A program made the translations under genes and the position numbers. A stretch of 63,953 nucleotides of DNA, filler included, from Craspedostauros australis (Eukaryota): assembly GCA_030167865.1 (NCBI GenBank). It is 9 parts of 9 records of this genome, joined end to end, with 100 filler letters (N's around TTAATTAATTAA, not from the genome) between each part and the next. Parts side by side here need not be neighbours in the genome. Positions count along the whole stretch, not along the records: positions 1 to 31,814 come from JALAGF010005689.1; 8 more parts are not named here. One strand, 5' to 3'. A model generated the notes under the pieces. It had not been told where the DNA came from. It ran no database searches and worked only from the letters and a program-made list of their open reading frames with translations. Below, piece by piece: positions 12,647 through 24,783 of this stretch; positions within the stretch are counted from its first letter, which is position 1; each line of letters opens with the position of its first letter.

Positions 12647-15600
12647 TTATGAAAAGTAGGAGGAGAGGGAACCAAAGAGACTGCTCTTGCGTCGAAGGGT
12701 CTGGGCACGACCGCGGTTGCTGCCATCCACGTCGCCTTCACCACCGTCGTCTTCGGCGCCATCGACGTTCTCACGGGACTGCCCTCTGGGGACATAGTCA
12801 CCGTCGAGACCGCCGCCGTCCACGCCCGCCAGGAACTCCATCTCGCATTCGTCGGCAACCTCCAGCACCTTCTCCACGAGACGGGTGTCGCGGCACTGCT
12901 CCTGCACGATGTCAGTCACGCGACCCAGCGCCTTCTGGTACTGCAGCCGAGAACGGACCTCGGCGATGTAGGTTGCCTTCTTCATCTTCAGCTCCTCCTT
13001 CAGCTCGATCTGCATCACGTTGTACTGCTGGGCCTGCTCCTTCACCACCTCCACCTCAGTCTGCAGCTTGTTGTTCTGCTTCGACAGCTGCTTCGCGTGC
13101 TGGTTCAGAGCGACGAACGACGCCCCGGCAGACGCGTTCGCATCCATCAGCCGCTGGTTGTTGTCCTTCAGCAGGTCAAAGTCGGTCTTCAGCTGCGAGT
13201 TCTGATTACGCAGCTTGAACACCTCCTTGCGCAGATACTCAAGCATCTTCCCGCTCTCGTCCATCAGCGTCTGCTGCTCCGCATTCAGCTGGGTTTGCAG
13301 CTTGGCCTGCTCCTGCTCCTGCTCTTGCAGCTTCACGCGCATCTCTTCACGTTCCTCCTCCGCCTTCTTGCGCTTCTCCTCCGCCACCTGGGCCGCCTCG
13401 ATCGCAGCCTGCTCCTTCTTCTCCTCTTCCGCCCGCGCCTCCTTCTTCTCGCGTTCACGCTGCTCTTCCTCGGTGCGCTGCCTCTCCGCCTTGGCCTTCT
13501 CCTCCGCATCCTTCACTGCCTGCGCTGCCTTCAGCTCGGCGGCCTTCTCGGCCTCCAACCGCTTTTGTTCCGCCTCCTCCAGCTTGCGCTGCAGCGCGCG
13601 CAGCTGGTTCTCGAGCTTGGCCTCTTCCTTCTTCTCGAATAGCGCCTGCCGGTACTTCGGCCGTTGCAGCGCCCCTCGTACCATGCTCTGCATCACGACG
13701 ACCGCCTCCTTGCTCCTTCGCAGCTGTCGGCCGTCCATCACCATGCGCCACCGCGTCTGAATCAGCGTCGCCTTGAAGTTGCGCCTTAGCACCTCGATGG
13801 TCTTGGCCGCATTCAGCACCCTGTGCCAGCATTGCACACGGATCGCGGCCTTGCGGATCAGCCGGTACGTGCGGCGGCAATTCCTCATGCGCAGCTTGGT
13901 CTGCGTCCACAGCGCGAACATCCGAGTCATACGATAGTTGCAGGTGCAGACGTATCGCCTCGCCTCCTTCTGGATGCGGGTGGCCCAAACACCCAGGTAC
14001 TTCAAACGCTCGCCTTCCAGGTATTCCAACGCACCTGCACGGAAGTAGGTGCGCGTCTTGCCGATGACGAATCCACGCACCACCTTGCCATCCGGCCTGG
14101 TGATCTCCAATGCCTGCAATGCCCGCGTGAGCAACCGATCCACGGCACCCCGCACGGCCGATGTTCCCATGTCGTCGCTTTCGCTGGCGTGTTGCGACGA
14201 GTCGCCATCCATCAAAGACGTCGACGTTCCCGAGTCGGGCGTCACGCCATGCGGCCACAGGGACTTGAAGCGTTCCAAGACAACATCATGATCCAAGCGA
14301 TTGGGGAAGGCGGATCGCGAAATTGTGACGGCGGCCACCACTCCAGCGCATCGCAGCTGCTCCACGGCCATGGTGTGCTCCATCAGCCGCGGCCGCTTCT
14401 TGCTGTTTGGCTTGATGCATCGGATGTAGCGTGTGCGCGTGTCATTCAGCTGCGTCATGAGTCGCGACAGCTGCGTCTTGAACTTGGTCCAGACGGTCTC
14501 CGCCACGAGGTTCGATTTGACGCTGCGCCTTGGCATGTGATGTCCAGGCCTGGACGTGGGAGCAGAAGCTGAAGACGCGGTGGGGGCGCCACCCGGTCGG
14601 CCGCGCGCACCCTTGGGCCGCTTTTTCTTCTTCTTTGGCGCCGCCGCCGCCGCCGCTGTTTCCGGTGCCTTGGTGCTGCTCTGCACCGGCGCGAATGGAT
14701 TCATCATGGCCTCGTTGGTGAGCTCCTTCGCAAGAATGGCGTTGCTGGATTTGGCAGCACAATCCTGCAAATCAGTCGGCAGCGTGTCCATGTTCTTGGT
14801 GACGAAGCCGTTGGAATCGTACGTCACCTTGCCCGCGTAGTGGCGGATGCCGAAGGACGTGGCAGAGTAGTGCGGCTCTCGGATCCACACGGCGTTGTCC
14901 TTGTTCATGGCCTGCGCCTTGAAGACGAAGGTCTTGTCGGAGCCCTTCGGACGCACGCACTCCTCGTTGAGCAGGGCGAGAAGTCCCATGCCGCCCTCCA
15001 CGAGGTCGAGAACGTCAGTGTTGTCGTCGTAGGTGATCTCCCCTAGCTCGATGCCCTCGAATTCGTACTCCGTCTGGACGGATCGGAAGATGTCCTGCGT
15101 GAACTTCTGCTGCAGCTTTTCGTTGGCGTAGTTGATGCAGAGCTGTTCAAATCGGTTAACCTCGAACGTTTCGAAACCGAAGATGTCGAGCAACCCGATG
15201 ACACCGAAGCGCTGATGATCGAAGGAAGCGTTGCGGTAGTTGTTTTCCGCGCAGGTGGCGTCGTTGATGGTGCGCACCAGCCAGAGGAAGGTCTTGGCGT
15301 AGATCTCCTTCGCGAAGGCATCCGTGGAGTCCTTGGCGGTCTCCGCCTTGAGGGGCACCTGGAAGGTCTCGCCCTTGGCGGTGACCGTGCGGACAAGCAG
15401 CGCCACTGCCAGCTCATCGGGTGGCACGTCCATGAGCTCCGCCAGCTCCATGAGCTCTTCGTCCGTGGAGATGACGCACTTGTCGTCGTCGAGCGGTGCA
15501 AATTCAAGATTTCCTAGCTGCAGGACGATGCAGATGGCACGCAGAAGGGCCTTGAGCTTGTCGTCGATCACACCGACGAGGGCGAGGGAGTTGAGGGTGA

Positions 15601-17271
15601 GCTGGAATCTGTCCTCGTCGCTGCGTCCCTCGATGGTGTTGGTGTCGGTCCAGCCGACGTAGCAGAATGATTCGTTGTCCGTGTCCTCGAGGCCTGACCA
15701 GACGGTGGCCTTGTACTCTTCCGGCGCCGCGAGGAGCTGGTAGAAGATGTGGAAGGTGCGCTCTCCTTCGGCGTGCGAGATGACGCGCGATTTTTCTAGG
15801 AGGTAGACCTCGCACTTGCTGCCCGCCAGGATGCAACGCGATGCCGTGCCCGTGGACTGCGCGAGGACCTGCTGCCTGGAGGACATGCCCGTGGCTGCAA
15901 CGGCCATGTCATCGATGGAGGATGCGTTGTGCAGCTGGTGACTGAGTGGGTTATCGAACTGCAGCTGGATGTACTTTCCGAAACGCGAGGAGTTGTCATT
16001 GCGCAGGGTCTTTGCGTTACCGAATGCTTCGAGGAGCGGGTTTGAATCGAGGACCCTTTGGACGATTTCGGAGTTGGCCGGTGCGGATGCTGATCCTGTG
16101 GTGGAGAGTGCCGATGAAGCCACGCTGGATGCGGAGCTGACCGCTGCATTGAGGACGCGCTGTTTCTGCCTCTGCTTGGGCGTGAGGTTCTGGATGCTGG
16201 CGAGATGAGACATGCAGATCTTGACCGTCTCCGTCTTTCCCGCCCCGGACTCTCCCGAAACGAGGATGGATTGATCGTCTCCCCTGGCAGCGAGTCCCTG
16301 GTATGCCAGCGCGGATGCTTCGTAGACGTGGGGGACGAGGCCGTTGCGTGGATCCGAAATATCAGCCGTTGGCGATGCTCCCTCACCCTGTGATTGCGGC
16401 TGCGTCTGCGACTTTGTTTGGTTGTTGTTGCTGTTGTTGCTGTTGCTGTTATCATTGGAATTGGGTTTGGATGTCGATTTCCGCTTGGTGATGTTGGATC
16501 TGTTCTTCCAGATGAGCGCCTCGGAGTATGTGTTCTGATTGTCATGGCTGTACAGGACGTGGAACCATTGGTACGGATTGACAGCGATGACGATGTCACC
16601 CGTTCTGGTGTACGGCAGAGCCTGAACATGTCTGGCCTTGAGATTGTACAGAATGGCGGCCTGTACGAGTATTGAGGTGAGCGAGACGAGTGAGCGAATG
16701 TTAAGAGAAGATATGATAGCAGACGGAATGTCATATCCAACCAATGGCAATGACCAATGAATGAATGAATGAATGGCACACAACAGAATGGAACAAAACC
16801 ACAATGGAACGACACCATACGTGCACTGAAACTAACCTCATGCAAGAAGGGCAGATCCACCATGTCGGGAACAGGAACGAGCTGCCCTTCGGAGTTGACA
16901 TTCTGCAAGGGAAGCTGCTGGATGCTCATGGAGATGGTGGTCTTGTCAAAGCGCGAGGCCGATCTGCCTCCATCCGACTTGATCTCCTGCTCGGATCGGT
17001 AGACCGGGATGGAGACCGTGAGGATGGGTCCTGGTGCATCAGCGGAGTCTGAGGGAGCAGCGTCCTTGTACTCGATGATGCGAGCTGGAATCCACGCGTG
17101 TTCCTTGCTGGGGATGTAGACGTGCTTGGAAGTCCTGAGTTCGGCGGCTGTGGTGACTGCTTCGGTGATGGCAGTGGCAGTGGTGGCATCCTTGGAACTA
17201 TCCTCATCAGTCGCCGAGGTTGCAGTTGCGGCAGTCGCAGCAGCGCTGTCTGTGGACTTGATATCTTCCAT
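12647..17271 (-). CDS. Unconventional myosin (motor, about 5 IQ motifs, SAH/coiled-coil tail), 1482 aa, 2 exons
   Basis: Exons 17271-16837 and 16660-12647 splice to give DMVDLPFLHE|AAILYNLK. P-loop GESGAGKT, NPLLEAFGNAKT, switch I NDNSSRFGK, switch II LLDIFGFE, YIRCIKPN, EQLRCAGV, IQ-like repeats, E/K/R-rich tail. Confidence 0.96.
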
Positions 17272-18412
17272 AGTGATATATATAGTCAATCACAATGTTG
17301 TGTTGTCTTGTGTTGTCTTGCGTTGTCTTGCGTTGTATCAGAGTGATATGACAACGGAATAGACAGTCTCAAGAATGTGGGCGCAATCCCAAGGATGCCT
17401 GTCTGTGAGTATGAGAAGCCTCTGCTTTCTGTCGCTGCTCCTTCGCAGTTGCTGCCCCGTGGTTGTCCTGTGGTTGTCTTGGATCTGACCGATCAGGCCT
17501 CTCCAATGTCGATACGCAATGTTGACGAGTGCGATGCGATGTGAAGTGGGTCGTGGAGTCGTTCCTGTTCCCACTTCGGCTGCCGCTCCTTTCGATGACG
17601 ATACTGATGCCACAATCGGGTGCCGCGATTGGAAGTTGTGGCTGATCTGACACCTGCTTGATCAGCGTTGTTGATAGCTTCGTTGATAGCTTCGTTGATG
17701 GATGAAGTTCGATTGATTGATTGATTGTGGATTGCACCTTCTCTGATTCCTCTCTTGGTTGAGATCCTGTGTCTGCCTCTCTCTGTGTGCGTTTCCAACT
17801 CTCAACTCTCAATGTGGATGATCAATGATCAATGTTCAATGTTCAATGATCAATGATCACAGAGACAGACAAAGACAGGGATGAACAGATGGGAGTTCTG
17901 CACAACGCAACAACACAAAATAACACACGAAAATCCTGGATTTGGGCGATCGCTCCGCGTGTTCTTCCCGCATCGCGGTTTGCATCTTTTTTGGTCTCAC
18001 GTTTTGAATTTTCTGTTCTGTTCAACAATTTTGTTCCTGGTGTGACACCGTTGTGATGTCATAATTGTCCATTTCCTGTTTTAATCGTGGTTGTCAAAAG
18101 CGGAATTGTGGAGTCCAGTGAATCATGGGAGTAACAACGCGTGGAGGGAAATCTTGGATCGTGGCAACAACCGCCAAGAGCAACACCGTGTTGCTCCACG
18201 CTTCGATTTGAGTTCTCACGATCTTCGGCAGCGGCTGTGACCACGACCATGGCCATCATCCTTTCCACATCGTCCGCCTCTTGATCGTCGACCGTCTCTT
18301 CTGCTCCGCTGCAGTCAACACACTCCATCTCAAAGAGAGAAGAGCATTCTGCGGTCTTGTGTTGCGTCGAACCAGCGGAGCAAGAGGCAATTGATTCCGA
18401 AGAGTGGTTGCA

Positions 18413-20665
18413 ATGGCGGGTTCGGCCTCAGGACGGGCGCGGACCGCACTCTGGCTGGTGTCGCTGTCCCTGCTTCTGCCCCTCACCTTGGCCAGCAGCA
18501 ATGGAAACGGCAATAATGCAGCGCAACCCAGCTATGACAGTTACAATTATGATGGCAACAATGAAGCCAACGCTGGTGCTGGCAATCAGAACAACAACGA
18601 TGGATATGAAGGCCATGATGGGTACAGCGGATACAACGGCTACGATGGATACAACGACTACAACGACTACAACCAACGTGACCAATACCAATCCCAATAC
18701 AACCGACAAGATTATGCCAGCGAAGGCCGTGATCAAACAGGTTCCACCAGTACTATGGCAACTCCACCACCTCCTCCTCCTTCCGTTGGATCCAACTCGC
18801 AGGCATCTTCTTCGTATGGCTACGACTCCTCGGATGACAGAAAGGACAACCAGAATCAGGCCGCACAGAACTATCCATATGACTATGCTTCGGAAGGTTA
18901 TGCTAATGCTGCTGCTGCTGCCAATGGCGCTAGTTCTCGATCGGATGCAACTGCCAGCGAGGCCAACGAATACATGTCCGAGGACGGAAGATCGAAACGA
19001 GATGGCGATGATCTGGATGGAACCACTGGCGCGACAACATCGCGAGATGCTTCCTCAAAGGATGATCCATCCTCGTCTGCTCCGCAATACAAGCCACCTC
19101 CCATCCACTATCAATTCCCCGCCAGCGACAAAGACAGTGTCAACGACAACGACAAGGATGGCGATAAAGGAGCTGATGCAGCAGCATCCAAGGACTTCGC
19201 ATCGCCCAGGCAGGACACCATGGGACGATACCTCTCCACCAAGAACGGCAAGCTGCAAATCGCTGCAGTCTCGGGTCTTCTCGGCGGTTCCATCGGTGCA
19301 TTCCTCACCAAGGTAAGCGCTTGCGTCGTATTATGTGATCAAGCATGACATGGAATGCCATGCCAACATCTAGATTTGCATCAGAGTGGAATAGAGCAGA
19401 GCAGAGTGGAGTAGAACGCTGTACGCTGTGCGCTGCTCAAGGCGAGAACTGTGCACCCTCTGGAGTGATAACCCCACAAGAGCCAATCTGCGTGCTCTCT
19501 GTCTCACCATTCACACACGCACGTTGTGTCTCTCTACCTTTGGTACATACCCTACCCTACCCCACTCCACTCCACTCTACACAAATCATCACAGTCCATC
19601 ATCTCCACAGGCGTCAACACCATGTTCGTGGTCTGCTGCTTCACGTGGGCCATCATGGCATGGTTCATTCGCAACCCGTACGGGGAGCTCGTCAGATCCC
19701 TTGGCCTTGCCTTCGTCCTTCTTCTGCAGCAGACCAGAAGAATACGGCGCCAGTATCCAACCCACCGTTACGTCGTCCCCGCCATCTTCGGCATCTCCCC
19801 CTCCAGACAGCTGCGCCGATTCCCGCCCAACAATAACGAAGATGGCTCGGTCAACGTATGGCGCTACGAACCGCAATCCAGACGAGATCCAGAATTCAGC
19901 ATGCTCCCCGCGCTCGTCGTCATGACCCTCATCGGTGCCTTCTGCGGGGGCAGCATCAACCTACCCCTCTTCCCCACCTGGCTAGGTGCCCTCGGCGGTG
20001 GTGCGGTCCTCGCCCTCGGATGCATGGTGGTCCCGTCCTCCGCCGACGACGTCACCAGCGCCTTCGTCGGAGATCTATGCCGCTCCATGGGCATGCGTGT
20101 CGTCACCATGGCACAGGAGCTGTGGTACATCCAGCAGGACCTCGAGCTCATCCCGCAGGTGGGCACCGTCTCCTCCCTACTCATTGACAAGCTCCTCATC
20201 CTCGATGGCAAGCACAAGGTCCGGAAGCGGATCGCCACCTTCACCAGCCGCATTTACAACCAGATCCTGCAGCTGCAGTCGGACTCCAGCAGTGGCAAAC
20301 GCGGCGGCCGTGATAGAAGGGACAGAGATGATAATGATCGCGGACCCCCGCGCGAGCGTGGGGGCAGACGATCGGATCCAGCAAGGCGTCGGTATCCTCG
20401 TGATTCTGATGGCGACGATGAGACGAGCAGAGATGACTTTGAGCGTCGAGACAGAAGACGACCACCACGTGATGAAGACGCCAATCGAAACGACAACGAC
20501 AATGTGGACAATCCAAATCGCAGGGATTCCTCCAGACGCGATCGTGATGATGGCTACGATGATCGTCCTCGTCGTCAAGGTCGGCCTTCCAGATCGGATG
20601 AGGAGCAATTTGATGACAACGACAGCAGCAAGAAGAAGTCGCGTGGATTGTTTGGATTCCGATAG
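18413..20665 (+). CDS. Signal-peptide-bearing multi-pass membrane protein with Tyr/Asn/Asp/Gly-rich N-region and Arg/Asp-rich C-tail, 656 aa, 2 exons
   Basis: Exons 18413-19312 and 19595-20665 (GTAAGC..CAG, phase 0, FLTK|SIISTG). Hydrophobic leader ALWLVSLSLLLPLTLA; 4-5 hydrophobic segments in the middle. Confidence 0.8.
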
Positions 20666-20969
20666 TACGAACAAAATGGAGGACAATCCACAAGCTACCT
20701 TCAAACTTTTCGCATCCTGGCGTCCTGTTGTTGTTTCTTGTACTTGCATAAACCGTGTTAATAGTATAATGGAATACTCTACAGTGGTTGTGACTCACCA
20801 TACACTCTCTCCTGAAAAGGGAGCACCCTCTATTGTGTCGGCACGTGCAGACCACGTCGTCCGCTGCTGTCGTAGTTGAAGATGGGGATTGGAGTATTCT
20901 CTACTCGCGGAGGAGCGTTTCGTTCAAGTTACCATGCTCTCCCTCAGCTGGCATTTCCAAGATCCTTGC

Positions 20970-22592
20970 TCAGGCCTTCGTGTGAACGGACTCGTTCACG
21001 TTTGAGGCATGCGCTTTCATCTTGCATTGGCGGTGCAGCAACTTGCGGATCAGCTTAGATGTGTTCGTGACCTCGTGGTTGGACTTTCCTTTCGAACTCG
21101 AGTGGTAGATGCCGAGTGCCTTGCCGAAATGTGGCAGGGCTCCGTCGAATTCGTCGCGGTCGGCGAGCAAGCTGCCCACCTTGCAGTACATGGAGGCGGA
21201 CGGCAGCTGGAGGCGTCCCACGACGCTGGACTCCTCGAGTGCCAAGGCGGCACCGTACTCCCTCATGGCAACATCGAAGTTCTTCTGCATCAGCATCATG
21301 TCCGCGTTCACCTCATGCAGCACCGACTTTTCCAGGACGCCGCAGTACTCATCCACGGCCTTGTCCGACCATCCGTACTTCAATGCAGCCTCGCGGAAGT
21401 GATTCAATGCTGTAGCCGTGAAGGTGGAGTAGGGACCGTATCGGATCATGTAGACGCCCAACGCCTTGCGGTGAGACACCATCGATCGGTCGAACAGGCC
21501 CTGCTGAGAGTAGCCATCGCCGATCTTCGTGTGCAGATGGGCCAGCTCAGGCTGCGCGGCTGGTTGGTTGATGAGCTTGGCGGCCAACGGGCTGCTGTTG
21601 ATCAGCATGGTGCGACGTCGCTGATGCAGCGCCAGCGCTGTTCGGTACTCCTGGTTGGCATGCTTGTGCTTTCCATTGTTCATGTGCTCATCGCCCTTCT
21701 GCTCGTGGTCGAATCCTTTGATCAGCATGCTCCAGTACTCCTCGATGTCTCCGTCACGCATGTGCAGGGCATCCAACGAGTTGCTGATCCATCCGTTGAC
21801 CACGCCGCAACGGTCGACGTCGCCATCGTTCATGGTGTACTTGATCTGAAGTGCGTGGCAGAACATCTCCAGCGCCTTCTGGTGCTCGCTCTTGTGCCAG
21901 TAAACCGTCGCAATCCAGTAGTACGATTGGTACGTGTCCTCGTGATACTTGCCCAGTACGGCTTCCCGCAGTTCCAGGCATCTGCGGAATTCCACCAGAG
22001 CCAGATCGTATTCCTTCGCACTCCAGTACGTGACACCCTGATCGAAGGAGCTCTTGGCCATCTGCAGTCTGAAATCGTCCGCATCCGCAGCGATCGGAGC
22101 CTCCGCATGGCTGCCATCGCCACTGGCGACATCGCTGTCGCTGCATCCGCTCTGCGTCGTACCGGTGCTGTTCTTGCGGAGGATGAGGTCGTCGAGGTGG
22201 TTTGGACCATTTTTCAGGCCAATTTCGACGCACCCACCCAACGAATCTGACTGGTGTAGTTCGAAGATGTGGCCATTATTGTGCTGTTGTGGTTGGGAGT
22301 TGGAGAGGACACACGGGCACGATGTCGTAGGTATTGATGAAAGGTGAGTGTGTGTGTGTGTGTGTGTGTGAGATAGAGAGAGAGAAGGAGAGACATCTAG
22401 TGAGTGTGGACGTGTGAATGGGGAACCATTGTGCTGTGCTGTCACCATGGTCAGCGTGCAGATGCAACTTACCACAAGTTCGCTCTTTCCATTGTTGCTG
22501 GTAGCACCCGTTTCATCCCCGAAAAAGTCGATCAGATCAATCACATTCGGAGTCGGTGTCTGCTGTCTCTGCTGCATGTAAGTCGGCGTCAT
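20970..22592 (-). CDS. Tetratricopeptide-repeat protein (kinesin-light-chain-like TPRs), about 477 aa, 2 exons
   Basis: Exons 22592-22473 and 22283-20970 (GTAAGT..CAG; intron contains a (CA)n tract). TPR helices ALVEFRRCLELREAVLGKYHEDT..YYWIATVY, LHTKIGDGYSQQGLFDRSMVSHRKAL, YCKVGSLLADRDEFDGALPHFGKAL. Confidence 0.85.
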   Translation of the reverse strand: MTPTYMQQRQQTPTPNVIDLIDFFGDETGATSNNGKSELVVSCICTLTMVTAQHNGSPFTRPHSLDVSPSLSLSHTHTHTHTHLSSIPTTSCPCVLSNSQPQQHNNGHIFELHQSDSLGGCVEIGLKNGPNHLDDLILRKNSTGTTQSGCSDSDVASGDGSHAEAPIAADADDFRLQMAKSSFDQGVTYWSAKEYDLALVEFRRCLELREAVLGKYHEDTYQSYYWIATVYWHKSEHQKALEMFCHALQIKYTMNDGDVDRCGVVNGWISNSLDALHMRDGDIEEYWSMLIKGFDHEQKGDEHMNNGKHKHANQEYRTALALHQRRRTMLINSSPLAAKLINQPAAQPELAHLHTKIGDGYSQQGLFDRSMVSHRKALGVYMIRYGPYSTFTATALNHFREAALKYGWSDKAVDEYCGVLEKSVLHEVNADMMLMQKNFDVAMREYGAALALEESSVVGRLQLPSASMYCKVGSLLADRDEFDGALPHFGKALGIYHSSSKGKSNHEVTNTSKLIRKLLHRQCKMKAHASNVNESVHTKA

Positions 22593-24783
22593 TGTGGATG
22601 TGTGACGTTGTGCGTAAATATGTGCATGGGTTGCTGCAAACGTTCCTATGTGTGTGTGTGTGTGTGCTTGGCTCACTGTGGAATGATGCGAATTCCGTCG
22701 CAACTGCGTAGTGCAGGTTGGTTGTCTGCCTTGTCTTGTCTAGTCTTTGGTGCGTGGTTGATTGTGTCCAGTGTCCTTCGAAGATCTTCAGAGTAAAGTG
22801 CTCTACTCTACTCTACTCAACTCTACTTGCGTGTGAATGTATGGATGTGTGGATGCAGGCACGTTGTTAAGCTGGATTGTGCTCAGTTGTGTTTGCTGTG
22901 ATGTTCTATGGACTATGCTCTACGTAGGATAGGGTATTCCACCTCACACTTCTTTCCTCTGATTCAATTGATGACGAGATGTCGGAGGTGGTTGGCAACT
23001 CGACCAGCAACCGCAACTGGAACTGGAGCTGGTGCTGCGACTGCTCGCTGATCTGCGATAACAACCACGAGGATGGCAAGCTCAAAGCCGCGCACGCGCT
23101 TGCTCTTGTTGGTACGATTATCTTCCTCTCTGGCAATTGCACACAGTACGCACTCACATTTGCCCATAGAACACCGACGGAACGGAACGGTAGGGTAGTG
23201 TGGTCCAATCGATTCCTCCTTTGCTTTGTCTTGGTGTGGCTTTTTCCTCGGGATGGAGTTACGCATATTCCACGATCGTGGTGCGTTACGGTGAACAGTT
23301 CTGCAAATTCAGCGATGGCAAGTGCCTAATTACCATAGTGACATCTTCATGTTCTTCCGTTGTGGACGATACAAGCGATGCTGTCGTCATGTCAAATAAA
23401 TATTGGACGTTATAATGGCGTTAATTGAGTCGTACGTTTTCCGTTGAAAGGACATGCGTTCTCAACGATCCGAATCTGGATTGATTGTCCCCCAGTCACC
23501 ACCAAGACTCACAATTTCATCAATTTCCGATTTTCTTTCGCACCCTTCGCGATGTGACCGCCAAGACAGTGACAGTCTTTGAAGCAGCTAAATGTGGAGC
23601 AGATTGGTCATGACACAGGCATCAGCATCGCTCGTCTTCGCGATGATGGAACATCTCGGGTGGAGTCGATACTTTGGCGCTTTGTCCCGGACCTTCGCTG
23701 TCGCACAAGGAAGGGCTCACGTTGTTGGGTTGCGAAGGGGTGGAGAAGGCGTGATGTGGTGCTCATATGTCTGGATGCGTGAATGAGCGATCGTATTCCC
23801 TGACGCGCCCGATCGCCGTTGCACCTGTTTGTATCAAATCGCCAGTTTTATTGGTTCTATTGGTGGCAATAGTCGGGTGGCCTCGGTGGTATAGAGTAGG
23901 TGTTCTGCAATTGGCGAACAGGTCCCAACGTGAGGGAGATGATGTGTTCCCTGCGGCGTGAAGCGGCATGGTTGGTGCGAGTGTACCCCGTAGGACAGGT
24001 GATTGTGTGCCCATGCGCTTGCGAGAGTTGCCACGAGCTGCTCCTCCGAGGAGTGTGGTGGAAAACGATCATGAAGGCCTTTGGATATCTGATGCTTTAG
24101 GTTGCTTGAGCGATACTCGGCGTTCTCAACGAGTAGCTTGTGAAGTTAGGCTGAGGCTCCAAGAACTGCGAACAAAGAGAGCCAAAGTTCCAGACAGCCC
24201 AGCAACTTCTTGTGCGCAAGCGTGGCGGATTCCTGCACGATGCAAGAAACCGAGTAGTCGCCGATCTTGGTGCAGAGTTCGTTTGTGGGAGGATTGTGGC
24301 GGAAGGAGAAGCCAGACAAGGACCAATACGCGAGCATAGCTTCGGTGATAGCGTCACGGAGAGCACGGGTAATCCGAGACGCTTGCGACGATACTTTGGC
24401 AGACGTGTTCCGCAAAACGCAAGAGAGGCAGGGAGGCTGATCTATTCCTGGCTCTAGCTAGTCCCTGTGCTGCCCTTGGTCCCCCACAACATCGCTTCTC
24501 TCGAACATGTGCGCCTACGAGTATGGTAACTTGCCGCACATCTACTCGTTTGACGCTGGGCCTTCCTTTGTGGCCTGCTTCTCCCAACCGCAGTAGGAAT
24601 GGTGCCGTGGGCGTGATCGCGCATCTCAGAGGAATGCCTGGGTCCATGGGAGATCACGTCTCTCGGGCACTTCGTATTTGCACCATTGTACCTCGCGCCT
24701 TGCTCGTTGTGATTTGTATGCCATTCTATGTTACGACATGCTATGTTTTACGCCTTGCCGGTCACCGTCGTTGTTGGCGGAAA

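Noticed and set aside
9163..16540. Long antisense and alternate-frame ORFs over the DUF6824 and myosin genes (also 21009-22250, 55802-56623, 59221-60951)
   Set aside because: Shadows of GC3-rich coding sequence on the opposite strand or frame.
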